Shown piece by piece: positions 36,989 through 51,813 of a stretch of DNA of 64,000 bases. Numbering within the stretch: position 1 is the first letter of the stretch; every line of letters begins with the position of its first letter. The notes under the pieces are model-generated. The model was not told the DNA's origin. It worked only from the letters and a program-made list of their open reading frames with translations, and made no database searches. Both the position numbers and the translations under genes were made by a program. Origin of the DNA: Octopus sinensis (taxonomy: Eukaryota); assembly GCF_006345805.1 (NCBI RefSeq), contig NC_042999.1:78802001-78866000 (forward strand). Reading direction: 5' to 3'.

Positions 36989-37066
<78 letters not shown>

Positions 37067-37524
37067 GAGTGAGAGAGCAGTGCATGTCATCAAAGTGACA
37101 CTGGTGTCAGATATACGAAGCCCAGTATACCCATCATGACTACCCGTCTGATAAGGGTACACTAAGCACATGCATCACAACCATATGTGCGCGACGTGGT
37201 GATCTCATATCAAGATAAACAGCACATGACCTTGCAGGTTGGGCCCAGTTAGAATTTTCTTCTGGTCGAGTAGCCCATCCCGCTCAAAAGGTCCCTGAGT
37301 AAGGGTTGTTTAAGGATGTTAAACGAAACACCCATGTTTTCAGAGGTGAATTATTCAAATCCCAAAGAATCCCTCTCAGCACACGGATATGATGCTCCCC
37401 TACTACATCTGCTCGTGATCAGAGATGCACATATCGTCAGCCACTAAGGGACATGCTCTACTGGTTAAGGTCAAACAATTGACAAGCAAATCTGTGGTAT
37501 TGAGCAGAATATTTGCTGTAGCCC
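37067..37524 (-). mobile_element. Element E copy 3, truncated at its putative 5' end
   Basis: Shares the ctctcactc-(AAT)n end with copies 1 and 2 but lacks ~95 bp at the other end. Confidence 0.8.
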
Positions 37525-37881
37525 TATAATTATTATTGTTGTTGTTGTTGTTCAGGTCACTGCTTGGAATCGAACTCAGAATTTTGGAATTATTAGCCTG
37601 CGCTCTTAACCACTACGCCATATACCCACTACGCCATATAAAATGCTCACGTGATAACTGTAAACCAGCTTTTGGGCCACCCTGTATATACATGTATTTG
37701 TGTATCTGTGTGTCTGTGTGCGTATGTGTGTAAAACTAAATATGTGAGTTTTATGGATGTATGTATCTTTGTCTCTGCACACACTTTCACTGACTGTACA
37801 AGAGTATAAATGAATGTATGTGTATATGTTTGTGTGCGTGCCGGTATATGAAATGGACCTTAGACATAGGTATATTCTTCT

Positions 37882-38345
37882 ACTTGTTTCAGTCATTTCA
37901 CTGCGGCCATGCTAGAGCACCGCTTGAAGGAGTTTTTAGTCGAACAAATCGACCCTAAGGCTTATTTCTTCAGCCTAGTACTTATTTTATTGGTCTCTTT
38001 TGAAGACCTGCTAGGTTACAGGGACGTAAACATACCAACACCGGTTCTCAAGCGGTGATGGGTGGGGGACATATGCAGACAATGTCACGCACACACGCAC
38101 GCACACACAGACACACAGACACACACGCATGCATACACACATACTCATACACACACACACACGCGCACACACACAAATACACACACACGTAGGACGGCCT
38201 TCTTTCAGTTTCTGTCTACCAAATCTACTCACAAGGCTTTGGCCAACTCAAGGCTATAGTAGAAGACAAGGTACCACGCAGTAGGACTGAACCTGGAATC
38301 ATGTGGTCTGGAAACAAGCTTCTTACCACACAACCACGTCTGCAC
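37882..38345 (-). mobile_element. SINE family B
   Basis: Full head, body, (CA)n insert and tail on the minus strand. Confidence 0.85.
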
Positions 38346-39255
38346 CTATATATATATGTGTATGTTTGAGTATGTGTGCGTGTGCGTATGTGTGTGTGTG
38401 CGCGCGTGTGTGTGTGATATGCATGTAAGTTTGTATATGGATATGTGTATGCATGTGCGTACATGTGTGTTCAGACAAGCGTGTCTCTCACGTAATTACA
38501 AATCTATCGCATAAATGAATATAACTGCACACGCATATGTCTATGCGTGTATGTATGCATGTATGCATATATGTATATATGTACATATGTATATACACAT
38601 AAACACAGGCACACATATACGTGTGTGTGTGTGTACGTGTGCGAGTGCGTTGTGTCTCTGCACCCGTGTGTATGTTTGTGAATATTATTTAACGACGTGC
38701 AATGAAAATATTGAATTTTGGGTGCGTTGTTTAAAGAAGAGCGGACAAACATAGAGACTGACAGACTGAGGGACATACGGACGGACATACAGACAGAAAG
38801 GCGAACAAACTGACAAAGCTTTTAACATGGCCAAGCTCTATCCTTTTTGCTAATGATGTTTGAAGAAAGGGACAGAGAGGAGCAATATGGTTTAATACTC
38901 GCCCCAGGTTCGTTACACAGACTTCGCATATACACACAAACACACATGCACACATACAGAATTTTACACAAACCCTAATATACACCGCATATACACATCC
39001 AGCTCAATTGGAAGTGGACAGATGACACTCGATAATATATCAATAGCCGAAGAACAAAAGCAACATTGAAAACGGTGTGTTTATATGTGTGTGTATATAT
39101 ATGTATGTATATACATACGCACACACATACACATATCTCTCTCTCTATACATTTGTATGCATATATGTATGTATGTATGTCTTGTGAAAAGGGAAACGCT
39201 ACGTTTGAAGATAAATGTTCTTGGTAGGAACATGTGCACACATGCACGCTTGTAT

Positions 39256-39327
<72 letters not shown>

Positions 39328-39768
39328 GGTGAGTGTGTGTGTGTGTGTGTGTATATGTATATGTATATATATATACATATATGTATATAAGTAGATATGT
39401 ATATATATATGTATATATGTATATAACATACAAATATATTTACATATACCTGCATATATATATGTGTGTACTTTATATGCATATGAATAGGTTCGTGTGT
39501 ATATGTCTCGATGCATGCGCGTGTGTGTACAATCGTGCATGTTAAGTTCTGTTGATTTGTACTGAGTGACCTTCGGTTAAGTGTCAAGTAGTACATTTTA
39601 ATAGTTTGACACAGAAATTAATTATTAGGAACTATTATAAATCTCCGTAGACGCTATCTCCGTAATTCTCTTGCACAATGTGTACCTTGCACGGCACATG
39701 TGTGTCTAATATATACACACTGTATACATACTTACACAATAATATATACAGTGATATATATATATATT

Positions 39769-39814
<46 letters not shown>

Positions 39815-40001
39815 ATATATATAATATATATATATATATACGTATATATATGTTCTTCTATTTGTATACGCACACACCATACATACTACATGTCTACTTA
39901 TTTCACACTATGTGTGAATATATATATATATATATATGTTTGTGTGTGTCTATATATATTTATATAATATTAATACACACACCACACACATATATATATA
40001 A

Positions 40002-40044
<43 letters not shown>

Positions 40045-40065
40045 ACACACACACACACACACACA

Positions 40066-40098
<33 letters not shown>

Positions 40099-40198
40099 CG
40101 TATATATACATATATCACCGTTGCCACCATTTCACTTCTGCTGCGCCATGCTGGTATGGTTTGATTACACAAATGTACGCATGCACACACACGCACCA

Positions 40199-40235
<37 letters not shown>

Positions 40236-40676
40236 CATACACACATCATACACACACACATATGTATATATAATATATATATATATATATTACTATATAT
40301 ATATATATAGATATATGTAAAATTTATATGCATGTATGTGTGTGTGATTGTGTATGTATATGTATTTCAATATTCTGAAATATACCCACACACTTTCTCC
40401 TTGTCATACGTTTACACGCACAGTGCACAGATATCACTATTATCTACACCCCATGGTGGGATACGCTCATACATCACTGACAAATACAATTACTTACTTA
40501 CTCCTATAAAGAATGTCCAGATTGGGTTTTAATTATAGCGACATTTCATATTGAGGAGGCGTATCATGCGCACCATAGGGAAGTCACGATGAGGCTGTAT
40601 ATGCGTATTTTTGTGTGTACATGTGAGTGTGTGTGTGTATACACATACATATATACATTATATATATATATATATA

Positions 40677-40714
<38 letters not shown>

Positions 40715-41241
40715 GTCTGTGTTAGTATAGGCATACATATATTTATAATCGTATATGTTATACGTAGAAATATATGTGTCTGTATGTGTGTATATGTAAT
40801 ATGGTTGCATGTATATATATGTATGTATTATCAACCTATAAATCGCTACAACTTAATATATATGAGGTTTCCAAGAGTAGTTGAGCGCACACGAGTGCGT
40901 GTGATTTTGTGTGAGTGCGTGTGCATGTATGTGTGAGTGTATTTGTGTGTATGTTTATACATATAGAAATGGGTCTATAATAATATACTTGATAGTTTGT
41001 GTAAACTAATACGTGAAGTGAGGTAGGAAATTTCATATGCGTGTTTCAGATGTCACTGTTGATCATATGATGTACGTAGGAGATGTGTATGGACAAGTAT
41101 TCGTGTATGTATGTATGTACTAGTGTGTGTGTGGGGGGGGGCTGTGCGTCTGATTTCTGATTAACTAGCCATGCAAAGAGAAACATGGATACAATTATAT
41201 TCATGTAGATAAATAGGTTTGTACTCAAATCACAATCGTCT

Positions 41242-41312
<71 letters not shown>

Positions 41313-43314
41313 TATATGCGTGTAGTGTGTGTGTATACATGTATAGACACAACGTGTAGTATATCTATGTATATAGGTATATATATATATATATATATAA
41401 TATATATATATATATATTATATATATATATATATGCACACTCCCATAAAAATCGGTTTTACAGTATGGCTTTATCAGTGAGGTCAAAAGCGAAGCAAAGA
41501 GCTGAAAAACCAGGAGGTATGGCGACTCACGTGCACGCGTACACGCACCCACATGCCTACACACGTACACACAGAGACATAGACATACACACACACACAA
41601 TCTTTGACACACAAACGCACATTTGTAATAAGGTGATTAATTACAACTTTGCTACTCGGAGTTTCTCATTACATGCGTTCGTTCAGGCGAGTATGAAATG
41701 AATTGTAAGAAGAATTATGTTACGGGCCGCTGTTTAAATCAATTCTCATTGGTGGAGATCACCAAGTAGTTGTTTAGCCTGCGGATTTGTGGATTATGTT
41801 ACTATACTGAGTTTAATATAGATGATGTTGGGAAAGGAACGTCAATGTGCCGTATTAATGGCTAGGCAGCTATTCTTCGGACGAATGGAAATTGTTCTGA
41901 AAGAACTGTTTCGGGTGACAAAGAATAGAAAGTACATTAACTCTGCTGTTCTCCAATATTTCTGACTGTTTCCTACACTTTTGTACTCCATTATAATATC
42001 AGGTATTTTTGTACATCATTAATGTGAGTATGAATAGATATTAGGATAATAAAAGTTCCCAGTTCTTACGACATAGTCTGAGGTAAACAACAATATGCAA
42101 TTCAATAAATTCGTAAATTTAAACACCCTTCAATTTCTCAGTGCATAGGATTGTGCTTCTCAAATGTAATATACAAAGCAATATCTAGCGCCTTTTGACA
42201 GTTTTGACAGGCGTATGCAGAACTTACCACTAACACCTTTAAGAACCGATAACAGCCTTTACACACATTCAACCGAGGGACAGGGGAAAATATTAAAAAC
42301 ACAGAAAGTGCATATCTGAACGTGCTGCAAAAATCTAACGTGCTAAGTCATGTAAAAACGGAGCTTTAAAGTGTAAGCTATTCATAACTAGATCCAGAAG
42401 CAAACAACACCGTCATTGAAAAGGGTAATCGAAATACTTTCCATTTACTACTAATAGAGATTTTTCTTTCTAGGTAACATCCACACATCCAAATTACTCA
42501 AATCCAAATTACCCCATACTTATCAGAGCTAATACACTGCAAACTCTGTGATGTACCAACCACAAATACTCGTACGTAAAATCTGTGAGCTTTTCTCTAT
42601 AGTGCAACTAATTTCAGTGATTGTAAAATGATCAACAATCCTGAAAATCAAACAAACACCAGACTGATAACAACCAATGAGAATCGACTTGAACGGTGTT
42701 CCGTCCGCTCGTCGCTTCTGCACGCTTCATTTCATTGTTGTTTGAACGAGCACATGTGATGCCAGACTCCGAGTAGTATCGAAGTGGATGATATCAACTG
42801 ATTTCTAATAAACTGTAGATCATATAGTGAATAATGCTTATCTCCTTTGTAAACAAATACATACATACATACATACATACATACATACATACATACATAC
42901 ATACATACATACATACATACATGCATGCATGCATACATATATGTGTGTGTGTGTGAGTGTAAGTGTGTATTGTTGAAGGATCGCCAAGTTATTCTCCAGT
43001 TTTCTCCAGTAAAACTGGATGACCAGTATCTGCTCTCCTCAAATGTTTTAACTTTCTATTTCTGTGTCAGGATCACAATGTATTCCCCTTAAGTACCATC
43101 AGCATGATTTCCATCTAATGAGACATCTCGTTAAACTGTATGGGCTCAAGTGTGGCTAGGTCGTTGAGAAGTTCTCACAGCATGGATTCTTGTTCAGCCA
43201 ATAAGCTGATAATGGAACTTAGGCAGAAACTACCAAATTTTACACAAAGCTTTTTTTTTTAACTTTAGTAATCAAATGGTCACGGAACACATAAAACCGA
43301 TCGGCCTGGTTCTC

Positions 43315-43625
43315 TATCTGTTACGACGACCAGTGTTCTAGTTGATTCGATCAATAGGACAGCTTCCTTATGAAATCAACGTGCAAGTGGCTGAGCAGCC
43401 CACGGACACGCATACCTTTAACATAGTTTTAAGGGAGATTCAGTGTGACACTGAATGCGATAAGACTGTCCCTTTTGAATTACGGGTACAACCCATTTTT
43501 GCCAGTTGAGCGGACAGCAACCACGTGAAATAAAGTGTTTTACTCAAGGAGACGTCGCACCACTTGGAATCGAACTCAGGATTATGCGACCGTAGGCCGA
43601 AGACCCTAACCACTAAGCCACTCTC
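43315..43625 (-). mobile_element. SINE family C
   Basis: Reverse complement is homologous to 50196-50514 (tggcttagtggttagg, gagttcgattcc, cacttgcacgttgatttca). Confidence 0.8.
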
Positions 43626-43825
43626 ATTCACACTACATAAGTCTGGTAACAAATCTAAAGTATTAGATATCATTTCATTTTATCATCGATATCTAAATGA
43701 GTTTTGCTAAAACTTTAGTAAGCAGGGATACTAATAGTTCTATCATTTATGTAAAGAAGGCGTAGGGAAAGCCACTTTATTATTGAAGACTTTTGCTGGG
43801 TTTAAACACACACAACACACACACA

Positions 43826-43856
<31 letters not shown>

Positions 43857-44372
43857 CAAACGCGTGTACGCCGCGCTTTACGCACTAGTTGTTTCCTCTC
43901 TCTTTTGATCAAACAATTAACTCTATACGCGCACCTTTAACTTGCTAAAAATAGCAACGAAATTCCCTCACATCATATCGTATCACCGAAAAGAAAATTT
44001 TCGTTAGAAAATATAATCTGCAATGCAGCATTCCAGAAGAAAGTAAGATGAGTGGGCTACGGCTAGAATGCATTTGATCATAGGATAAGTTAGAATCGAC
44101 TTGAAGTAAAACAGCAGGACTCACGAAACATGGCTGCTCACTCTGATAAAAAAATAAAACAATGATATTTTTCTGAGACAACGGTCAGTTGTGTAAAAGA
44201 GGAAATATATATTGAATAAGGTAGAGTTGGGAGGGGCGGAAATAAGATGAGGTACTCACGACTGCAACGCCTTTCAGTATAGGTCTGCTAAATGAGAGCC
44301 GACTTGGTGTCAAGTAAAACAGACAACACGCATACAGGACCACACAAAAGCTTTCACTGTCTCTCTCCTTCG

Positions 44373-44409
<37 letters not shown>

Positions 44410-45059
44410 ATATAGTAGTCTCAGATTACAAGTTTGATGAAACACTGAAAGGATCGACTCTCTCTCTAATCCACTAATTTGTAATTATCTGTTACTCTGT
44501 TCCACCAAAACCACGCCTCCAGGCTAATCAGGCGTGTTTGATTCATAGAGTTCCGCTGTGCTGGTTCTCCTTCTGCGGCTCCCGTATGAGCTCAATTTCC
44601 TCCAAAGTGATTAATCGTTTAGCTTAATAAGCAAAAAAAAAAAAAACATTTAAGAAAATGAAAAATACAAAAATATAAATCACATACATAAACAAATAAT
44701 TTACTAAATAAAAATTATGTTTACCTAATTTTGTTTCTCATTTATTATTTTAATTTTAAAGGTGAACTGGTTAAGTGATTTGGACCTAAAACTTATCGCT
44801 CATATCTTCCCATCCCCATAGGGGTTTCGTTCTGAAGCACATGTAAAACTCTCATTCCGTTAGTACATTTGTTTTCATCTTGATACTTGAAATGTTGATA
44901 TATCTTTCATTGGAAAGCAACCTGTGATAGCTTGGCTGGCTTCCAGGTCCATGCAGTAATGATGTTAGCTATCGGCATGTATATCTAAATGTGTGTGTAC
45001 ATGTATATACATCCATCCATCTATCTGAGGACCTAGGCCATTATTTATGAAGCCACTGT

Positions 45060-45290
45060 AAATTCTACGGACGCTAATAACACAATTTCATCCAAGATTT
45101 ATGTAGATCTCACAGAGGGAAATCTTATAGCAATGTTCAACAATCACACCTTAAAGACGCTTACATCCACACCATGCAGGTCTCTCAGGCATTTTGGAAG
45201 GATATTGAAGAACTGTGGGCCTTTGAAACCCAAGCTGTTGCAGTATCTGATCCTATATTTTGATGACGATGGTGGGATATTTGGCACTAC
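45060..45290 (-). mobile_element. CR1-type LINE 3' fragment
   Basis: VVPNIPPSSSKYRIRYCNSLGFKGPQFFNILPKCLRDLHGVDVSVFK, same family as 10155-10502. Confidence 0.8.
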
Positions 45291-45296
45291 ACACAC

Positions 45297-45338
<42 letters not shown>

Positions 45339-45393
45339 CACACACACACACACACACCACACACACACACACACGTACACACACATATATATA

Positions 45394-45560
45394 TAGGCGC
45401 AGGAATGGCCGTGTATTAAGTAGCTTGTTTACCAACTACATGGCTCCGGGTTCAGTCCTAGTGCATGGCACCTTGGATAAGTGTCTTCTACTATAGCCTC
45501 AGGCCGACCAAAGCTTTGTGAGTGGATTTGGTAGACGGAAACTGAAAGAAGACCGTCGTA
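45394..45560 (+). mobile_element. SINE family B head and body (tail replaced by a CR1 fragment after the microsatellite)
   Basis: aggcgcaggaatggccgtgt..gacggaaactgaaagaagaccgtcg. Confidence 0.85.
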
Positions 45561-45662
45561 TATATATATATGTGTGCGTGTGTGTGTGCGTGTGTGTGTG
45601 CGTGTGTGCGTGCGTGTGTGTGTGGTGTGTGTGTGTGTGTATATATCTATATCCATATATCA

Positions 45663-45692
<30 letters not shown>

Positions 45693-45693
<1 letters not shown>

Positions 45694-46370
45694 TAGAGAC
45701 CTTGAAGTAATTGTTGATAACAATCTAGGCTGGCGGTCCCACGTAAACAACAAAGTTGGCTTGGCCCACAAGATGTGCTCCTGAATTCTGAGAACTTTCC
45801 GGTCTAAATATGCCTACAACATCATCCCTCTCTACTTTACTTTTGCCCGACTCCACCTTTGATACTGTTGTTTCCCCATACGAAGCAACTCATTATGAAA
45901 GAAGAAGAACTCCAGAGGGCAATAACAAGAAAGATAGACGGCAGGAGAGGATCGCTACATCATTTGTGTTATGTGGAAAATATTCCATCAATATTGCCCA
46001 AATGGTGTTGGCATCAATTTTAAAATCCATCCAAGACTTGGCCCCCGTGCTATTTGCCCACTAAAAAAATCGAACTCGGTACACATAGCTATATTACGTC
46101 CCAATTACTTTACTTCAACTGGTCCAGCTCTCTTTAATACCATATCAAAACGGAAACGGATCCCATAAAATTCAAATGTTCTCTTGATAAATTTCTTCAA
46201 AAAATCCCGCCCCACCCAACTTCCTACACCCGGGTTTGTCTCCAACAATAATAAGTCTTTGCTAGAGTGGGTCATGGTGACCCATATATGACTAAAAGAC
46301 TTTGCCAGGTGGTGCTATTAAGTAGATATGGCTTGGGCCTATACTGGACGAAACCTATCAAAGTTATCAA
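45693..46370 (+). mobile_element. CR1-type LINE 3' fragment, same subfamily as 35560-36425
   Basis: RDLEVIVDNNLGW..; MWKIFHQYCPNGVGINFKIHPRLG..TGPALFN; shared 3' end ggcctatactgg..cctatc. Confidence 0.85.
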
Positions 46371-47329
46371 AATTATATATATATATATATATATAATATA
46401 TATATCAGTTCTGCTGAGGATCATAAGACGTAAGTTGAATGTGAAATCACGGTGATACAGAACTAAATTCATTTTTTAAATGTCTTGCTTTGAAAAACTG
46501 CATTTAGGTATGATTAGTATAATTTTGGTAGTAATGACTTTGTCCCTCTTAGTGTGAGGCATTTATGTGTAATAATGCCCTCTATACAATATATATATAT
46601 ATATATATATCATATATACATATATACATATATATATACACATATATACACACACATATATATATACATACCTACACACATATGTATATATATATACATC
46701 CATACATACATATATATACATACAATCATATACACACACATACACACTCATACGCATATTCAAATTTGTTCCTCAAAATTCTCGATGTGAAATCATATTT
46801 TAAAATAATGGTGAACTATGGAAGGGACTCTATGCTCCAACTAGCATGCTCTCTGTTTATCTTCCATCTCAGTTTATTATCATTTAATTAAATAGAAAGG
46901 TAATTAATAAATTAATTATCTGATCGATTAACTTCTATTTTCATAGCTCTTGAAGATATCATTGACAATATACTCCTCATAATCCTCTTCTGTGCTATTA
47001 CTATGTGTTCTATGCCCTTTTCTTGGAATTTTGATCATTGGAATGTAGATTAAACCCCCAGAAACGAGTACTGATATGGAGAAGGCAGAAGGGCTGCATC
47101 ATCACCGATGGATTAACCGGACCATAGCAGAAGAGCTTGAATAAATAACGTAAATAATTAATTCATTGATTGGAGTTACATATGGAATTGAAATGGAGTC
47201 TGATACAACGTTGGATGTGATTGGTGGATACACACACACACCACACACACGCACACACATATGGGCACACACATGCATACACATACGTATTCATGTGTGT
47301 GTGTGTATACACGTATGTATTTAGTAATG

Positions 47330-48530
47330 TCCGGAGGAATCTGATCACATTCTTAGAAGATAATTAGATGATTTGCTTCCCCATTCCCAGCATGGCTTCC
47401 ACTCAGACGAAGCTACCTTACACTTAATAAGATGCTTCTGCAGAATTATTACTGAATATTGAAACAACTGATGTATCGCTCAATCAGAGATGTGATAAAT
47501 TTTGATTTTGCAAATGTCTTTGATAAGATTAATCACAGGACCCATGTCATAAGCTACGAGGACTCAGCATACTTGGACAACTGAGATCGTTACATGACTT
47601 CATAGAAGACAGAAGCCAGCCTGTGACAGCCAATGGGGCCCTCCCCAAAATTGGGCCGTTACAGTGGAAGATGCTGCTAATATTACGAGCTATATTGACG
47701 CTAAACTCTAGCACCACCAGTGAAGACTCCTGTCGACGTCATATAAATATGAAATCAACATGAAATTTCTGCCAACACATCGCAACAAAAATACTTTAGA
47801 CCAAAAGAAGCGGCAGTCAGGAAGTCAAACACGTTGCGGGATCAGGGAATTAATATGAGCAACGAAGCTTCGTTTTATGTACTTATCATTAAAATGATTG
47901 CAATGTGCAGGCTGATGGCTGGATGGATTCTCAGAACTTTCAGAACAAGGGATCAGAAAACTATGCTAGTCCTACGGAGGATGTTTGTCTAAGCCATCTG
48001 GACTACTTCTTTCAACTATGGTCACCCAGCAGTGTCAAATTAATATCGGAACTCGGGGCAGTTCAGCGGCGTTACACCACGAAGATTGCATCAACGAAAT
48101 ACTTGAACAACAGGGAGAACTGAAAGAATAACTATTTTATTCTCTGGAGCGAAGACGGGAGACATATGCAGTGATATACACGTGGACGATCCCAAAAAGA
48201 ACTGGTATCAAGTCTTGGCATCGAGAGTTGGAAAGTGTTCCAATGACCCAATCCATCCCGTCTAAAGTACGAACTAGGTACTGCAAAAGCTTGGTATTCA
48301 AAGACCCACAACTATTAAATATCTCGTAAAAAAACCCTGAGATGTATATAGTATTGGGGAAGGTGTTTTCAAGCGGTACCTAGACATTCTGTTGTTCACG
48401 ATCCCAGATTAACCTATATCACGACAAGAAACACATACGAAGGAAGCAGTATTAAACTACCTCCTTCATCAAAAGCCAACCACATGAGAATAGGCTTCGA
48501 AAAAGTGATCATACTAGCAGTGCTGTATTT
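47330..48530 (+). mobile_element. Heavily decayed CR1-type LINE (RT core to 3' end)
   Basis: LPHSQHGF..DVINFDFANVFDKINH..LHDFIEDRSQPVTANG..CLSHLDYFFQLWSP..AVQRRYT. Confidence 0.8.
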
Positions 48531-48583
48531 GGGCTTAAACGTATATGGATATAAATACATACATGAATACATACATAGGTACG

Positions 48584-49160
48584 ATCAAAGTACGATCCTC
48601 TTGCTTCGCTAGGCACGTCATCGGGTACTGAATGCTTCTCGAAGATTTTAATCTTGACTATTAAGATCGTATTTTCTCAACTTTTGTGTATCATTAGGTT
48701 AAAGTTACATTAGTTATTTAACACTATATCAAAGTCTGCAAGTTTGCACATACATATTATGAATTTACAATACACACAAACATGCTATCGTACTGCCATA
48801 AAATATAAATACACACATATTTACAGATACATGTATATCAATGAAATCTGAGATCTAGACATTTCGGTGTATACATGAGTAGCAAATTTGATGAAAAGCA
48901 TTAAGTATTCATACAAAGGAAGAAAGGAAAAAAGAAAGAATGAAAGAAAAGGCTAGGTAGATGAATGAACAAATAAACGCAGGAGTGGCTGTGTGGTAAG
49001 TAGCTTGCTTACCAACCACTTGGTTCTGGGTTCAGTTCCACTGCGTGCCATCTTGGGCAAGCGTCTTCTACTATAGCTTCTGGTTGATCAAAGCCTTGTG
49101 AGTGGATTTAGTAGACGGAAACTGAAAGAAGCCCTTCGTATATATATATATATATATAAT

Positions 49161-49199
<39 letters not shown>

Positions 49200-49430
49200 A
49201 TGATCGTTTGTGTATATGTTTGTGTGTCTGTGATTGTCAGCCCATCATCTCTTGACAACCGATTTCGGTGTGTTTACGTCTCCGTAACTTAGCGGTTCGG
49301 CCAAAGAGACTGATAGAATAAGTACTAGACTTGCAAAAAATAAGTCCTGGGGTCGATTTGCTCGACTAAAGGCGCTGCTCCAGCATGGCCGCAGTCAAAT
49401 GATTGAACCAACTAAAAGAAAAACTAAAAG
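48584..49430 (+). repeat. Local duplication copy 1 (~390 bp unique sequence + SINE B at 48978-49430)
   Basis: Colinear with 56095-57165, including the SINE insertion point. Confidence 0.85.
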
Positions 49431-49791
49431 AACACGTATGTATATATTTTTATGGGTAATCAATGGAATATAGATCCGTAATAGTTATGTATACATTTTT
49501 GAAGAATGCTTGTAATCAATCAACTTTACGTGGCTATACGCCAAACAATGTGGAAACTGAATTTGCCTTAAGAACACTAGTATTTGAAGGTATATAGTTT
49601 AAAAATCCAGAATCAACAAAAAAAAGTACTCCATTTAGTGAGATATAAATATGAATTCAAATCCACAACCGAAAAAGCTGCTCATAGTTTCATGCTATGA
49701 TGATACTTGAACAAACATATTTACTTCAACAGACATAATTAAAATACGCCATGTATTTTAAAGCAATTTTCGATGCTCTGTTTATTCATTA

Positions 49792-50174
49792 CTAGCAGTA
49801 TCGCCCGGCGTTGCTCGGGTTTGTAAGGGAAATAACTATAAAGCATTTTTAGAGAGTTATAGCCAAAAAATAGCAAAAAAATGGAAAAGAAATTATGGTA
49901 AATTTTTTTGAGAGTTAAAAAGGTCGAGTTGCGTTCCCTAGACAGTCTGTGGTTTGTGTTTCTGATTCTCGACCCCATGTCGAATTTATCGATTCTTTTC
50001 AGAACTGGGGGAACTTTTCAAAATTTTCGCTGCGTTAGTTTTGAATTATGACATTGGGCTATGTGTGTGTCAAGTTTCATCAGAATCGGTTGAAAGCCGT
50101 GGTCAGGGTGAGGGTACAACCTGACAGACACACAGACACACAGACAGACAAACTGCCGTTTATATATAGAGAGA
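49792..50174 (-). mobile_element. Intact non-autonomous Helitron (383 bp)
   Basis: Minus strand: A|TCtctctatatataaacggcag...hairpin CCCGAGCAACGCCGGG...tactgCTAG|T. 5'-TC, 3'-CTAG, subterminal hairpin, A/T target site, no TSD. Confidence 0.85.
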
Positions 50175-50195
50175 TATATATTTGAAAAATGTGAA

Positions 50196-50514
50196 GGCGC
50201 GCGGCTTAGTGGTTAGGGCATTCGGCTCACGATCGTAAGGTCGTGAGTTCAATTCACGGCGACGTGTTGTGCCTTTGAGTAAGACACCTTAATTCACGTT
50301 GCTCCAGTCCACTCAGCTGGCAAAAATGAGTAGTACATGTATATCAAAGGGCCAGCTTTGTCACACTCTGTGGCACGCTCAATCTTTCTGAGAACTACGT
50401 TAAGGGCACACTTGTATGTGGAGTGCTCAGTCACTTGCACGTTAATTTCACGAGCAAGCTGTTCCGTTGATCGTATCAGCTGGGACCCTCGTCGGCGTAA
50501 CGGACGGAGTGCTC
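50196..50514 (+). mobile_element. SINE family C
   Basis: tRNA-like head (A-box cggcttagtgg, B-box gagttcaattc), then gttgctccagtccactcagctg body. Confidence 0.85.
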
Positions 50515-50881
50515 GATACTTTAAAAGACAAGGATACTGGGCAATAAGAAAATAACAAAAAACGTCCAGCCTCCTTGTTTTTAAAATATATACTTATAAC
50601 CCTTGTACTAGCATTACTGACAACACGTCAGCCTATCAGCAATGGTCATGCTGTTCTAACGAGTAGACAACTTCCGTAGAAGATCGTAGACTCAAAACGT
50701 CAAAGAATCTTCCAATTTTCGTGAGCGTCAAGCTAATACAACTTGTCTGTTGTTCCCTATACACAAGTAAGCACATAAATGCAAAACAAGGTGGAAGAAA
50801 AAGTAGTACTCAAATACCTAAGGTAGAGCAATATACTTTTATTAAAGCTGAAAAATCTTCGTGAAGATCTGATTTTGCAGC

Positions 50882-50936
<55 letters not shown>

Positions 50937-50939
50937 CAG

Positions 50940-50975
<36 letters not shown>

Positions 50976-51115
50976 ATATATATATATATATATGTGTGTG
51001 TGTATGTATGTATGTATGTATGTATGTATGCATGTATGTATATGTGTGTGTGTATGTATATATATAATTGTATGTGTATGTATTATATATATATATATAT
51101 ATGCATATCTGTGAA

Positions 51116-51418
51116 GGCGCATGGCTCAGTGGTTAGAGCATCGAATCCCGGACCGGGCTGCGTGTTGTGTTTTTGAGCAAGACACTTTATTTCACGTTGC
51201 TCCAGTTCACTCAGCTGTAGAATTGAGTTGTGACGTCACAGGTGCCAAGCTGTATCGGCCTTTGCCTTTCCCTTGGATAATATCGGTGGTGTGGAGAGGG
51301 GAAGCTGGTATGCATGGGTGACTGCTTGTCTACCATAAGCAACCTTGCCCGGACTTGTGCCTCGGAGGGTAACTTTGTAGGTGCAATCCCTTGGTCATTC
51401 GTGACCGAAGGGGGTCTC
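51116..51418 (+). mobile_element. SINE with family C head and body and an alternative tail (family D)
   Basis: ggcgcatggctcagtggttagagc..cactttatttcacgttgctccagttcactcagctg, then a distinct tail ending gtgaccgaagggggtctc. Confidence 0.8.
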
Positions 51419-51435
51419 CAAACTCCGAACTTCGA

Positions 51436-51565
<130 letters not shown>

Positions 51566-51694
51566 GTCTAAAACAGTTGTAGTGAACCTTAAACGATTTG
51601 TGTTCTTACTTTATGTGTGCGTGTGTGTGTGTGTGTGTGTATGTGTGTGTGTGTGTGGTGTGTGTGTGGTATGATTTATTGTTGTTATTTCAAG

Positions 51695-51813
51695 AACACG
51701 TTTATGACATGGTTCTGTCTCTAGCAGGAATCCTGAAAGCGATGTACTCAGCCACGGTTAATGTTCCTCTTGAAAAGTTTAGAGATGAAGACTGTAAAAG
51801 CAGATTGGAGGAG
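51695..51813 (+). CDS. Probable internal coding exon of a host gene (phase 1 to 0); weak resemblance to a periplasmic-binding/ANF-receptor-type N-terminal domain helix
   Basis: Acceptor tttattgttgttatttcaag|, donor GAG|gtaggg, open 119-nt frame (E)HVYDMVLSLAGILKAMYSATVNVPLEKFRDEDCKSRLEE with protein-like composition. Domain guess from memory only. Confidence 0.55.

Noticed and set aside
44500-44630. Minus-strand acceptor followed by KRLITLEEIELIREPQKENQHSGTL*
   Set aside because: Non-canonical AAG acceptor after a poly-T run, short frame, no homology.
50196-50270. tRNA gene (also the heads at 21536, 51116 and others)
   Set aside because: The acceptor stems do not close and the heads continue into shared SINE bodies; these are tRNA-derived SINE heads, not tRNA genes.
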